Position numbers and translations under genes: made by a program
Source: Candidatus Krumholzibacteriia bacterium
Lineage (GTDB): Bacteria; Krumholzibacteriota; Krumholzibacteriia; JAJRXK01
DNA length: 64,000 nucleotides
Reading direction: 5' to 3'
NCBI GenBank assembly: GCA_029932915.1
Contig: JAOZPE010000002.1
Location: forward strand, 7,546 to 71,545
The notes under the pieces: model-generated
The model's input: only the letters and a program-made list of their open reading frames with translations
Databases searched by the model: none
What the model was told of the DNA's origin: nothing
Shown here: positions 8,796 to 18,457 of the stretch, one piece after another
Numbering within the stretch: position 1 is the first letter of the stretch
How the letters are laid out: each line of letters begins with the position of its first letter

Positions 8796-10997
8796 TCAGG
8801 GCCGCAGCAGGACCGAAGAGCGGACGCGGTGTTCGCCGCCGCCGTCGGCCACGAGCCAGTAGACGCCGGCGGCCACCGTCCGGCCGCGTTCGTCCCGGCC
8901 GTTCCAGCGCAGGACGTGCCGGCCGGCGGTGAAGACCGTCGGCGGATACGAGCGCACCAGCCGTCCGCGCGCGTCGAACCAGCGCAGACGCACTTGCCGT
9001 TCACTGGACAGTTCGAGTGCCATCCACAGTTCCCCGGGCGCTCCGCGCACCGGACTCAGCGAGAAGCGCGGACCCGTCGGAGCGGGCGTTCCCACCACCT
9101 CGCTGGACAGTTCGAAGTAGGAGCAATTGGGCGCCAGAGGGGAGACGTCGCCGTCGTCCTCGCGGGCGATGACGCGCCACCAGTAGCGACTTCCCGCCTG
9201 CAGACCCTCGACCACGAGCGAGGTGTCCGGCCCGGCCTCGTAGCTCCAGGCGTTCGAGAAGGCTTCATCCTGTGCCAGCTCCAGGCGGTACTGCAGCTTG
9301 TCCCCATCGTAGTTGGGAGCGCTGTGCCAGAGGAAGCGCAGGCCGCTCGATCCGATGACCCGACCCGCTTCGGGATAGATGAGCTGGACCGGCCCCGGGG
9401 GATCGTCCACCAGATCCTCCCACACCTGGGCACTGCCCAGGAGGATCGTGCGGGCGGCCAGGCTGTCGGCCGGGTTGTCGTAGTGGCGGAAGTGGACGCT
9501 GTTGAACCAGACTTCCTTCAGGGCGTCGACGTTGGCCCTCGCCCGCTCGGCCACGGGAATGTGGGGCGTTCCCACCACCACCCGGATCGGTGAACTCACC
9601 AGGTGCAGGCTGTCCGGCAGGCTGTACCAGAAGTCGCCATCGGCGACGGCCTCCACCAGCAGCGCATCGTCCACCGGCAGGTCGATCGGCCCTTCCCAGT
9701 TGAAGTCGTTGAGCTGGGAAGGGTCGATGGGCAGCTCGATCCGCCGCCCGCTGGCTCCCAGGAGGGTGACCCTGCGCAAGGGGGTCCAACTGGCCAGGTG
9801 CAGATGCAGGGTCGCCTCGCCCGGTGCAGTCAACAGGATCTCGCCCATCTTCGCCTCGTTCAGGCGATAGTCGAGCAGGATCGGACCGCTGGTGGCATAG
9901 CTGCGGCCACTGGCCACCGCTCTTCTCCACTGACGGTCGAGCAGGGAGTGGGCCGCGGGGGCGGGTCGGTTGATGTGGGCGTAGGTGCGCAGGGATCCGA
10001 CCGGGCGGAGCCACTGCCGGCTGAGGACGGCATCGGTCTCACCCAGGCTGGCCCAGTGTGCGCCCACTTCGAGCCCGTCCAGCAGGGGCTGGGGGTTCCA
10101 GCGCTCCGGATAGAAGTTGCTGCCGCTGCCGGTGGCGACGCCGTGGAGGCAGCCGGCCACGGCCAACGATGGCAATTCGCGGGCTTCGCCGGTCTCCGGC
10201 CAGTGGAAGGCGCCGACGGTGGTGCCGCCGGTGTGGGGGTGCGCCTGGAAGACCAGCGGAGGGCTGGCGTCCAGCAGCACCTTCTGCAGCAGGGGCCAGG
10301 CCGACAGGCCGGGGCCGTTGGCCCAGGGATTCCCGTCGACGGTGACGAGCTCCTTGGCCCCGAGCACCACCACGTGGCCCCACCAGCCGCTGCGGAACTC
10401 CTCGCCCCACAGCACCAGCACATCCTTCTGATCGATCCCATCGACCACACCGCTGGGGGTCTTGGCCCGGTTCTCCAGCAGGTAGAGCAGGTCGAGGGCC
10501 TCGGCGCGCCCGGCCCGCCCGGCCACACCCACGTCGGCCGGATAGTGATCGGGAAGATTCTCCTCGCCCTGATGGCTCAGATGGACGTGCGGATCGGCGC
10601 CGATCCAACCCCATTGGCGTGGCTCGATCCACTTCTCCACCGGGAGGGTCCACGTGCCGCCATCCTCGCCGAGGGAGATGGCGTATTCACGGGGGATGAC
10701 CGTGGGGCCGCCGGCGGTGCGCACGAGATAGTCGCCGGCAGGCAGATCGAGTTCGATCCGGTCTTCGACGTAGATGTAGGGCTCGAGGCGTTCGTCGAGA
10801 TGGGAGCGCAGGAGGGAGTCGGGCTCGGCGAAGAGCGGGCCCTCATCGCCGATGATGGACAGCCTCGTGGCGGCGGCTTCCCGGGTCTGGGCGTCCTGGA
10901 TCTCCAGGACGAGCCTCGCCGCCGCGGCCGGCGTGGTGAACACGGCCGTCAGGACCAGGAATCCAGCAAGACGTAGAGCAAAGATGTTCGATCGCAT
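8796..10997 (-). CDS. secreted PHP/CehA-McbA-like metallohydrolase-domain protein with FN3-like and C-terminal FlgD-like Ig domain
   Basis: Signal peptide MRSNIFALRLAGFLVLTAVFTTPAAAA. His-rich metal-site-like motif WIGADPHVHLSHQGEE. C-terminal module RLRWFDARGRLVRSYPPTVFTAGRHVLRWNGRDERGRTVAAGVYWLVADGGGEHRVRSSVLLRP, typical of the FlgD Ig-like domain. Confidence 0.55.
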   Translation of the reverse strand: MRSNIFALRLAGFLVLTAVFTTPAAAARLVLEIQDAQTREAAATRLSIIGDEGPLFAEPDSLLRSHLDERLEPYIYVEDRIELDLPAGDYLVRTAGGPTVIPREYAISLGEDGGTWTLPVEKWIEPRQWGWIGADPHVHLSHQGEENLPDHYPADVGVAGRAGRAEALDLLYLLENRAKTPSGVVDGIDQKDVLVLWGEEFRSGWWGHVVVLGAKELVTVDGNPWANGPGLSAWPLLQKVLLDASPPLVFQAHPHTGGTTVGAFHWPETGEARELPSLAVAGCLHGVATGSGSNFYPERWNPQPLLDGLEVGAHWASLGETDAVLSRQWLRPVGSLRTYAHINRPAPAAHSLLDRQWRRAVASGRSYATSGPILLDYRLNEAKMGEILLTAPGEATLHLHLASWTPLRRVTLLGASGRRIELPIDPSQLNDFNWEGPIDLPVDDALLVEAVADGDFWYSLPDSLHLVSSPIRVVVGTPHIPVAERARANVDALKEVWFNSVHFRHYDNPADSLAARTILLGSAQVWEDLVDDPPGPVQLIYPEAGRVIGSSGLRFLWHSAPNYDGDKLQYRLELAQDEAFSNAWSYEAGPDTSLVVEGLQAGSRYWWRVIAREDDGDVSPLAPNCSYFELSSEVVGTPAPTGPRFSLSPVRGAPGELWMALELSSERQVRLRWFDARGRLVRSYPPTVFTAGRHVLRWNGRDERGRTVAAGVYWLVADGGGEHRVRSSVLLRP

Positions 10998-11040
10998 GGA
11001 GCTTCACCTGGAGCCGGGCCGGCCCCCAGTATGCCACAGT

Positions 11041-14000
11041 TCAGGGGGTGGAATCCACCGGGGCGCTCTCCCGGAGAAGGGCGATCACCGCCCGGCGGAG
11101 CGATTCCAGGCTCTTGGCATCCAGGGTCCCGAAGCGGACCCGGTGCGGGTTCGATTCCGAACCGTGCCACCATCGCTGCGGGGGGGTCGAGAAGAAGGGG
11201 CGCAGCAGGTGCCGTATCTGTTCTCCGGACAACTCGTTGCGCTGCTTCCAGATCTCCAGCCACTCGATCGACTGTTGCGCGTCCCGCAGCGCCTTCACCC
11301 TCAGATCGACGGCGACCAGGGTGGAGCCCGCAGGGGAGGTGCCGGCCGGCAGGCGCGGATCCGGCCAGGTGGCCAGCAGGGCGGTGCCCGGCGCATCGGG
11401 CGGATCGTAGTCGACCCACGCATCGGCTGGCGCCAGGCTCTGCCACACCAGGGCTCCCCGGGCCTGGTCCATCCAGGCCCCCAGCACCCAGGCCGCGGTC
11501 TCCGCCGGCGGTGCGTTCTCGTTGGCCGCGGCCGAGTAGACCTCCCAGCGCAGATGGAGGTCCCTCTGGAGAGCACGGCACCGCCGGGCCTGGGCTTCGT
11601 CCAGTTCGCCGCCGGTGTAGACGATGCGGGCCGCTGTTCCCAGGGCCCCGCGCAGCCACTCGGGCCGGGAGATGTCGGCGCGGGTGAGCCATTGCCGCTT
11701 CTTTCCCCGCGGGAGACGGCGGTCGAAGAACTCCAGGTAGAAACGCAGCGCGGCCCAGTCGGGCCAGTAGAGGGGCTCATCGGTGTTCCACCAGGTGGAA
11801 TGCCCGTAGAGGACGCGGTCGCGCATCTTCGAATTCAGGAAGAAATGCAGCTCGGTGCCTCTCCATCCCTTCGTCTCGAAGTGATCGAGGAAGTCCTCTT
11901 CGGCCCGGCCCAGGCGCGCCAGATAGCTCGGGGCCAGGGCCTCTTCCAGGGGAGGGGCCGTCTCGTGGTGCGCCCACATGAGACGGAAGGGATCGCCCTT
12001 CTGCGGCCAGGGTCCCCGGTAGGCGTAGTTGGCCGGGGTCAAGCGGGTGGGCCAGCCTTCGCGCAGGGGAAGGTACAGGACCTCCAGGGGACGCCGGTCC
12101 CTGGCGAAGGCGCTTCCATCGAGCAAGGGTCCAAGCAGCGCGTCGTAGGCCGTCCAGTCCAGGGTGAAGGCGGTCGAGTCGTCATCTGCGCTCTTCGCTT
12201 CTCCTTCGACGACCGATGGCGCGGCCACCCAGGGGGTGAAGACGCAGCGGTTGGCGCGGGCCAGGCGGAAGTGCTGCAGGGCTTCCCGGCGCAGGTGATA
12301 GGCGTTCAACTCGATGCGGAAGGTGGGTGCACGCGGGAGGGTGAATCCGGTCACCTCGACCTGCACCGGCAGGAGATGCCGTCCACCGGGATGCAGTTCG
12401 ACCACCACCTCGCCGCGATAGAGCCCGGGCGGAAGATGCCGGTCCAGGGCGAGTTCGACGAGGAACGCCCGGTTGTCCGGGGAACCGAGCTCAGGCTCCT
12501 CGCCTCGCCAGGGCACCTCGTCTCCGTCCAGGGGCAACAGGTAGGAGGGCTGCCAGGGGCCGTTTCCACGGTGGAAGTACCACACCCGATAGAAGGACCA
12601 GTGGGAACGGCGCAGCGTGTCCCGGGCGGCCGAGCTGAGCTCGTCGCCGACGATGCGCAGGCTCGCCGGAACGCGGTCGGCCAGGTTCCCGTGGCGTCCC
12701 TGGGATTGGACGATCAGCTGGAAGGACACCGTCTCGCCCCGCCCGCCCACGAGGTGGACCATCCGGCCGTCCCAGATTGCGTTGGCGTCCCACGGGTTGA
12801 CCGCCCCGTTCTCTGCGAGGTCGAGTCGGCCGGTGGTCAGCGGATCGAGCTGGGCCAGTGCCGGCAGTGCCCACAGACGGGGCGGTTTGCGATGCTGGGC
12901 CTGGGGGTGGAAGGGGGAAGGAGACGGCAGGGGGGGGAGCGTATCCAGCGCCGCCGACGCGAGGAAGCTCGCTTCGGAGGCCGCCGAGATCTGTCCAGTG
13001 GCGCTGAATGCCTCGATGCCCAGGTGATGCCGCCCGGGAGCGAGTCCTTCCAGGTGGAAGACGGTGGTGTCGCGGCCGGCCGTGGGGGAAGGCACGCGCC
13101 AGGCCGGCAGCGGCTCGCCATCCAGCCGGAGCCGCCAGGCGAAACAGCGTGGGTCGCGCACGATGCGCACCACGGCGGCGCCGCCGGCCAGGGACGCGCG
13201 CTCCGGTGCGGGCTCCACGGTGAACACCGGAGGCTCGGGCGGCTCCGTGTCCGCCGCCTCCTGGAGTTCGAGTTCGAGCCAGGGGTGGTTCGACCAGGCC
13301 TGGCGGCTGTGGAAGTAGTAGTTGCGGTTGGCCGGTGAGCCGCCCTCCATCAGGGCCAGACCGTCACTGCGTTCGCAGAGAATGGCCTGGATCATCGAGG
13401 GTGGGATGTCCACGGCGATCCAGTCGTTCTCCTCGCCCCGGACCTGGACGACGGTGTTCCGGCTGAAGCCTTCACCCATGATCACGTCGCAGAAGGCCGA
13501 GCCCTCCCAGGCCCATGGTCGTCGGCTCGAGGCGTCGGCCCAGCGCCAACAGGCGCCGTCGCGTCCGGAGTAGGCGCGGGTGGCCTCTCCCTCGACCCAC
13601 GTGGAGCTGACGGTGGAGACGCGCAGCCAATGGGGTGCAGGTGGATGTCTCAAGCGCAGATGCAGACGGGCCCGGCGGATCCGGTGTCCACGGGCCGCGT
13701 GGACGTCGAAGCGCAGAGCCGCCATCTCCTCCACCGACTTCAATTTGAAGACGGGACTGCCGCCTGCGCTCGATTCGCTCTCCTGAGGGGTGGCGTGGGA
13801 GATCCACACGTCGGCGACGGCGGGCAGGTGGAGGATCACCGGCGATGGGCGGTCCGGAGCGCTCGCACCGGGGACGCCCTCCCGCGAGACGTCTTCGTCC
13901 GGAGAACCCCTGTCCACGGCGCTTGCGGGCGGGAACGGTCGCTTCGTGGCGTCCGGATCCGGGCCCTTCCCATCGACGACGGCGAGGATGACGCCGGCCA

Positions 14001-14043
14001 CGGCGGCCACGGAGACCAGAGCAAGGAAGGACTTCGTCTTCAT
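11041..14043 (-). CDS. large secreted protein (about 1000 aa), possibly a glycoside-hydrolase-like (DUF4091-like) fold
   Basis: Internal ATG at 14043 gives signal peptide MKTKSFLALVSVAAVAGVILAV. Long Trp/Tyr-rich soluble domain. Function not assignable from sequence alone. Confidence 0.45.
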   Translation of the reverse strand: MKTKSFLALVSVAAVAGVILAVVDGKGPDPDATKRPFPPASAVDRGSPDEDVSREGVPGASAPDRPSPVILHLPAVADVWISHATPQESESSAGGSPVFKLKSVEEMAALRFDVHAARGHRIRRARLHLRLRHPPAPHWLRVSTVSSTWVEGEATRAYSGRDGACWRWADASSRRPWAWEGSAFCDVIMGEGFSRNTVVQVRGEENDWIAVDIPPSMIQAILCERSDGLALMEGGSPANRNYYFHSRQAWSNHPWLELELQEAADTEPPEPPVFTVEPAPERASLAGGAAVVRIVRDPRCFAWRLRLDGEPLPAWRVPSPTAGRDTTVFHLEGLAPGRHHLGIEAFSATGQISAASEASFLASAALDTLPPLPSPSPFHPQAQHRKPPRLWALPALAQLDPLTTGRLDLAENGAVNPWDANAIWDGRMVHLVGGRGETVSFQLIVQSQGRHGNLADRVPASLRIVGDELSSAARDTLRRSHWSFYRVWYFHRGNGPWQPSYLLPLDGDEVPWRGEEPELGSPDNRAFLVELALDRHLPPGLYRGEVVVELHPGGRHLLPVQVEVTGFTLPRAPTFRIELNAYHLRREALQHFRLARANRCVFTPWVAAPSVVEGEAKSADDDSTAFTLDWTAYDALLGPLLDGSAFARDRRPLEVLYLPLREGWPTRLTPANYAYRGPWPQKGDPFRLMWAHHETAPPLEEALAPSYLARLGRAEEDFLDHFETKGWRGTELHFFLNSKMRDRVLYGHSTWWNTDEPLYWPDWAALRFYLEFFDRRLPRGKKRQWLTRADISRPEWLRGALGTAARIVYTGGELDEAQARRCRALQRDLHLRWEVYSAAANENAPPAETAAWVLGAWMDQARGALVWQSLAPADAWVDYDPPDAPGTALLATWPDPRLPAGTSPAGSTLVAVDLRVKALRDAQQSIEWLEIWKQRNELSGEQIRHLLRPFFSTPPQRWWHGSESNPHRVRFGTLDAKSLESLRRAVIALLRESAPVDSTP

Positions 14044-14309
14044 CGATGGAGTCGGGGCCGGGGTCTTCACTGGGAACCCGTGAGGGGACGGCCGGGTGCA
14101 TTGCACCACCTTCGGCCGCCGGGCGCAAGCGGGCGCTCGCGATCCGCACGGTCGGCGGGCGTCGATCCGCAGGAAAGTGGGGAAGCTGCGCCCACGATCT
14201 CCTCTTCCTTGCCTCGGCCCCGGGAAGGCTCCACGATGGGCCTGGGCTCCTTCCACCGGGAGGAGGGCACCGGGTGCCTTCCATCGGAAGGAAGACGCCG
14301 TGATGGACC

Positions 14310-15203
14310 GTGATCCCTTTCGCTGGGAGGTGGCGCTTGAACTGTCGAGTCTTCCGTCTGCGCACGCCGCAACATGAATGGGTGTTGGAGACGGGGGGTC
14401 GTCATCTGCACCTGAGCCGCTACCTGGCCGAACACGATCTCCCTCGCGATCTGTTGGCTCTCTGCGCCATGGGTTTCTTCGAGAACGAGGAGTTGGAGCG
14501 GCGGCTCCGGGAGGACCGGTGGGAAGAGCGTCCTCTTCCGGTGGACGAGGAGATCGACCTGCCCCTGCAGAGGGAGCGGGTGGGCAAGATTCTCGCCCTG
14601 GGCAAGAACTTCTCGGCCCACGCGGCGGAATTCGGCGAGGAGGTTCCCGCCGAGCCGCTGTTCTTCAACAAGCTGCCCGAGCTGCTCGTGCCCACGGCGT
14701 CGACGGTGACCGTTCCGTCCTGGTACGACGGCCGGGTCGATCACGAGGCCGAAGTGGCGGTGGTCATCGGAGCGCAGGGCCGCGATCTCACGCTCGAAGA
14801 GGCGGAGCGGATGGTGGCCGGCTACACGGTGGCCAACGACCTGACCGCGCGCAGCCTGCAACAGGCCGACCGCCAAAAGGGCTTTCCGTGGCTGCGGGGC
14901 AAGAATCTGGACGGCTTCTGTCCGCTGGGGCCGTGCTTCGTACCGCGCGAATGTCTCGACGTCTCCGACCTGCGGGTCCGCGCCACGGTGAACGGGCAGC
15001 TGCGCCAGGATGCCACCACCGCCGACTGGGTGGTGGATGTCCCCCATGCCCTGGCCTATCTCTCCCGGCACCTCACCCTTCGCTCCGGCGACATCGTGCT
15101 CATGGGCACGCCCGAGGGCGTGGGTCCACTGGACGACGGTGACGAGGTGATCTGTGAGGTCGAAGGCATCGGCGCCCTGCGCACCACGATCGCACGTCCC
15201 TGA
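14310..15203 (+). CDS. fumarylacetoacetate hydrolase (FAH) family protein
   Basis: FAH-domain motifs GKNFSAHAAEFGEEVPAEPLFFNK, HEAEVAVVIG, GKNLDGFCPLGPCFVP, GDIVLMGTPEGVG. The start could be slightly downstream. Confidence 0.8.
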   Translation: MIPFAGRWRLNCRVFRLRTPQHEWVLETGGRHLHLSRYLAEHDLPRDLLALCAMGFFENEELERRLREDRWEERPLPVDEEIDLPLQRERVGKILALGKNFSAHAAEFGEEVPAEPLFFNKLPELLVPTASTVTVPSWYDGRVDHEAEVAVVIGAQGRDLTLEEAERMVAGYTVANDLTARSLQQADRQKGFPWLRGKNLDGFCPLGPCFVPRECLDVSDLRVRATVNGQLRQDATTADWVVDVPHALAYLSRHLTLRSGDIVLMGTPEGVGPLDDGDEVICEVEGIGALRTTIARP

Positions 15204-15292
15204 GCCGGACCGGGCACTTCGGAGTAGAGTGACCGGGCGGGATCGGCGAACCCGGAGCAGAGAGGCCGGCTTCCCATTGCGGGACTGCTGCC

Positions 15293-16303
15293 TTACCAGC
15301 CGTAGAGCGCTTCGACCTCGGTGATGCGTTCCCGCACCGCACGCTTGAGCTCGTCGGGGCCGAGGATCTTCACCATCGCTCCGAAGCGCAGTACCCAGCT
15401 CACCGTCTCGGGCATGGACACGGCGGAGAAGTCCAGGCGCACCGAGCCGTCCTTGCGGCGCCGCAGCTTCTGGTCGGGACTCCAGATGCGCTCGGCCACG
15501 TAGTCGGCGGCCCACCCCTTCAGTTCGACGGAGACCTTGAAGACGTTTCCCTGGATGAGGCCGAAGTGCCGGTTCAGGCTCTTCTCGAAGTCATAGTTGC
15601 GCGGGGGCCGGAACGGCGTGTCGGTGAGGGCGGCGCGGCGGAAACGCTGCAGCGCGAGCAGGGGATCGTAGCCCGGATCGCGGAAGGGGCGGCCGGGCAT
15701 CTTGGCGTAACGCGCGTGCACGTAGATGGTCTCGTTCCAGGCGAAGATCTTCAGGGGCTTGATGCGGAAGGTCTTGGCGCGCTGGTCTCCCGGCTTGCGG
15801 TAGCTGACCTCGCACACCTTGTGCCTTTTCATCCCGTCCATGAGTGTGGCAAGGATCTCCTGCTGGGGGGTGTAGTCGATCACTCCCGCGCGGAAGATGC
15901 CGAAACGCTGGGTGTCCAGTTCGGCTTCGTCGATCAGCAGTTGCGAACTCTTCTCGACGGCCCGGCTGAGTTCGGCGAAATGACGCTGCCCCAGCAGGTG
16001 CTCGGTGAAGGCGCGGCACATGAGCAGGGTCTCCAGCTCGTCACGGCTGAGCATGGCCGCCGGGTGGGGACTCAGGGCACGGCGGATGCGGTAGTAGCTG
16101 CGGTTGCCCCGTTTCTCGTGCTCGATCCGGGTCTGATAGCTGTGGGTGATGTCGTCGATCAGGCGCAGGACGGTCTGTTTCGAACAGCCCAGCTCACGGC
16201 TGAGCTGGGTGAGCGAACACCATTCACCGGTGAAGACGAGACGGGCGAACAGCGAGACGAGCTTCTCGCCGTAGCTCAGATCGGGGGAGAGTTTGCTGGG
16301 CAT
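15293..16303 (-). CDS. WYL-domain transcriptional regulator (N-terminal wHTH + WYL + C-terminal extension)
   Basis: ATG at 16303. HTH region LSYGEKLVSLFARLVFTGEWCSLTQLSRELGCSKQTVLRLIDDI. WYL core KVCEVSYRKPGDQRAKTFRIKPLKIFAWNETIYVHARY. The upstream part of the track ORF (to 16615) is not coding-like. Confidence 0.75.
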   Translation of the reverse strand: MPSKLSPDLSYGEKLVSLFARLVFTGEWCSLTQLSRELGCSKQTVLRLIDDITHSYQTRIEHEKRGNRSYYRIRRALSPHPAAMLSRDELETLLMCRAFTEHLLGQRHFAELSRAVEKSSQLLIDEAELDTQRFGIFRAGVIDYTPQQEILATLMDGMKRHKVCEVSYRKPGDQRAKTFRIKPLKIFAWNETIYVHARYAKMPGRPFRDPGYDPLLALQRFRRAALTDTPFRPPRNYDFEKSLNRHFGLIQGNVFKVSVELKGWAADYVAERIWSPDQKLRRRKDGSVRLDFSAVSMPETVSWVLRFGAMVKILGPDELKRAVRERITEVEALYGW

Positions 16304-16768
16304 GACGGATCCGCCTGGAGGATGACGAGGCTCATGAGACGAGGGACGACGGGTGCGCCGGGCTGGTGTGGCCTCACCGTGCCTCCCCCGACTTCGTTCT
16401 CTGATTATGGGCCCAAGGGGTCGGCAGGGGAAAGGGATGAAGAAGGAGGGTGGATCGGAAGCCGGTGAAATGTGTCCTATCGTTCCGTACTCTGGAACGC
16501 CCATGGGGCATGGTAGCACTGCCGGAGCCGAATTGGTCCACTGCTGACTCCGGCCGAAACCTCGGGTCCCTCTCCCGGCGCACGGGAGCCAAGGCCGCCA
16601 GTAGACGCATGACACATCGATGTGGTGGTCTCGCGCCGGGAGGGGCCGGGGTTGGATCGGCAGCGGGGTTCGGGTCTTCCAGGGCCGCCTCGCCGACCCC
16701 CGGCCGCGCGCCTGGCCCCATCTCCCGGATCCTCGGGCGATTTCCCGTGAAGACAGCCGAAGAGGGCC

Positions 16769-18265
16769 TCAGTCGTCCTTGCCGGGGCACTGTTCCCCGA
16801 TCCAGTCACCGATCAGATTCAATGCCTTCGGGGCGATGGTCTCCTCGATCTGCGAGTACTCGCTGGGATGACCCGTCTTGCAGGTCTGGAAGAGATGGTT
16901 GAGTCCCGGAAGCTCCACGGTCCGGTAGTGCGTGTTGCCTCCGGCTGCGAGCGCGCGGGCGATGGCATCGAGGTTCTCCTTGGGCGGGACCTGCAGATCC
17001 TTCTCCCCGTTGATCGCCAGGACCGGACAGCGCAGCTTCTCCAGCGTGGGCCGCGGGTCGTAGCCCAGGAAGTAGCGGAACCACGGGGAGAGCAGGCTCG
17101 AGATCTGCGCGTCGATGTAGGCCTGCGGATCGCCTAGCTGGGCACGCTCGCTCTCGCTCAGCGCATCGATGGATTCCCTCATGATGCCGCGCAGCCTTCG
17201 GGCGGCGGCCGTGCTGTCCGGAGTCGATTCGACCACGTCCAGCAGACGTTTCTCGAGTTCCCGGTTGCGGGCGATCTCCTCGGGCGCGGTGCCGTCGGCG
17301 CGGGCGATGGCCGCGCTCTGCAGGAGCAGGAGCTCGCGACCGGGAAGGCCCGGCCCGGCCATCAGCACGAGGAACGCCACGTCGTGTGAACGCACGGCGG
17401 CCATCGGCGCGATGATCCCGCCCTCGCTGTGGCCGACGAGGCCGATGCACCGTGGGTCGATCTCCTTGCGCTGTTTCAGGTATTCGACTCCGGCGAGGAC
17501 GTCGCCGGCGAAATCCTCACTGGTCGAGGCGGCCGTGTTGCCGGTCGAGCCGCCCACACCGCGGTCGTCCACCCGCAGGACGGCGATGCCCCGTCGGGTC
17601 AGGGCGTCGGCCAGCACCAGGAAGGGCCGGTGGCCGAAGACCGCCTCGTTTCGGTCCTCCGCTCCCGATCCGGAGATGAGGATGACCGCGGGGAACGGGC
17701 CGTCGTCTCGGGGAAGGGTCAGGGTGCCGGCCAGGCTCACGCCCGCATCGGCGTTCTCGTAACGGATTTCCTCCTCGATGTAGGGATAGGGCTTCTCGGG
17801 CTCCTGGGGACGTTGCAGGGAGCTCGCTTCGCTCGACCGCTCCAGCTTCAGCGGAAGCGAGAGCCCGTTCTGCGACCACTTCCCGTCGATGCTCGAGAGA
17901 TGGTCGTCGATGATGCCCTCGTAGCCGCCGCCGACCACCTCGACCTGCAGGCGCAAGGTATCGCCGCTGACGGTCACCGCGCTCACGGGGATTCCCATGG
18001 CCCCCTGGTCGGGGCTGTCCAGGGTGGCGGTGAGGGAACCGCTCTCGTCGAGGGTGAGGTGGAGCACCAGCCGCAACTTCGCTCCGGGGACGGAGAGGAA
18101 ACCCTGCCACGAACCGGCGAGGGAGTCGGCCGGGACGCTTCGTCCCACCGACGCCGCCGGCGGTCCGCTTCGCCCGGAACTCGCCGCCGTCACCGGCAGG
18201 ACCAGGAGAAGGCAGATCGAGAGTGTGATGAGCAGTCCAGTGAGGTTTCCGTTCGTCTTGTCCAT
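16769..18265 (-). CDS. secreted alpha/beta hydrolase (S9 peptidase / dienelactone-hydrolase-like)
   Basis: Start MDKTNGNLTGLLITLSICLLLVLPVTAAS (signal peptide). Nucleophile elbow GHSEGG. Catalytic-domain motifs GSGAEDRNE, LAINGEKDLQVP, GLNHLF. By my hand count the start ATG may be at 18264 rather than 18265. Confidence 0.75.
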   Translation of the reverse strand: MDKTNGNLTGLLITLSICLLLVLPVTAASSGRSGPPAASVGRSVPADSLAGSWQGFLSVPGAKLRLVLHLTLDESGSLTATLDSPDQGAMGIPVSAVTVSGDTLRLQVEVVGGGYEGIIDDHLSSIDGKWSQNGLSLPLKLERSSEASSLQRPQEPEKPYPYIEEEIRYENADAGVSLAGTLTLPRDDGPFPAVILISGSGAEDRNEAVFGHRPFLVLADALTRRGIAVLRVDDRGVGGSTGNTAASTSEDFAGDVLAGVEYLKQRKEIDPRCIGLVGHSEGGIIAPMAAVRSHDVAFLVLMAGPGLPGRELLLLQSAAIARADGTAPEEIARNRELEKRLLDVVESTPDSTAAARRLRGIMRESIDALSESERAQLGDPQAYIDAQISSLLSPWFRYFLGYDPRPTLEKLRCPVLAINGEKDLQVPPKENLDAIARALAAGGNTHYRTVELPGLNHLFQTCKTGHPSEYSQIEETIAPKALNLIGDWIGEQCPGKDD

Positions 18266-18350
18266 GGTGATCTCTCCTGTCGGCTTGCGGCTCGCTGAAC
18301 TCTTCTTCCTTCCCTGCCCCTTCGTCAAGCCGCTTCCTTCTGGTCCCAGG

Positions 18351-18384
18351 ACGCAAGAAAGGCCCGGCGGGTTCCGCCGGGCCT
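18351..18384 (-). terminator. rho-independent terminator downstream of asnA
   Basis: Perfect inverted repeat ggcccggcgg-gttc-cgccgggcc, followed on the minus strand by tttctt. Confidence 0.6.
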
Positions 18385-18457
18385 TCCATTCTCCAGGGAT
18401 CGTCCCGCCTTCGTGCGGGGTCGATCTTCCCCGTCTCGGGGGCTCACCAGGTGGGAT

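Noticed and set aside
9603-13338. Long plus-strand ORFs 9603..10976 (457 aa) and 10852..13338 (828 aa)
   Set aside because: Antisense to the two large secreted-protein genes. No signal peptides or motifs, and the composition is typical of a GC-rich shadow frame.
14067-15515. 482-aa minus-strand ORF
   Set aside because: Antisense to the FAH-family gene, whose conserved motifs are on the plus strand.
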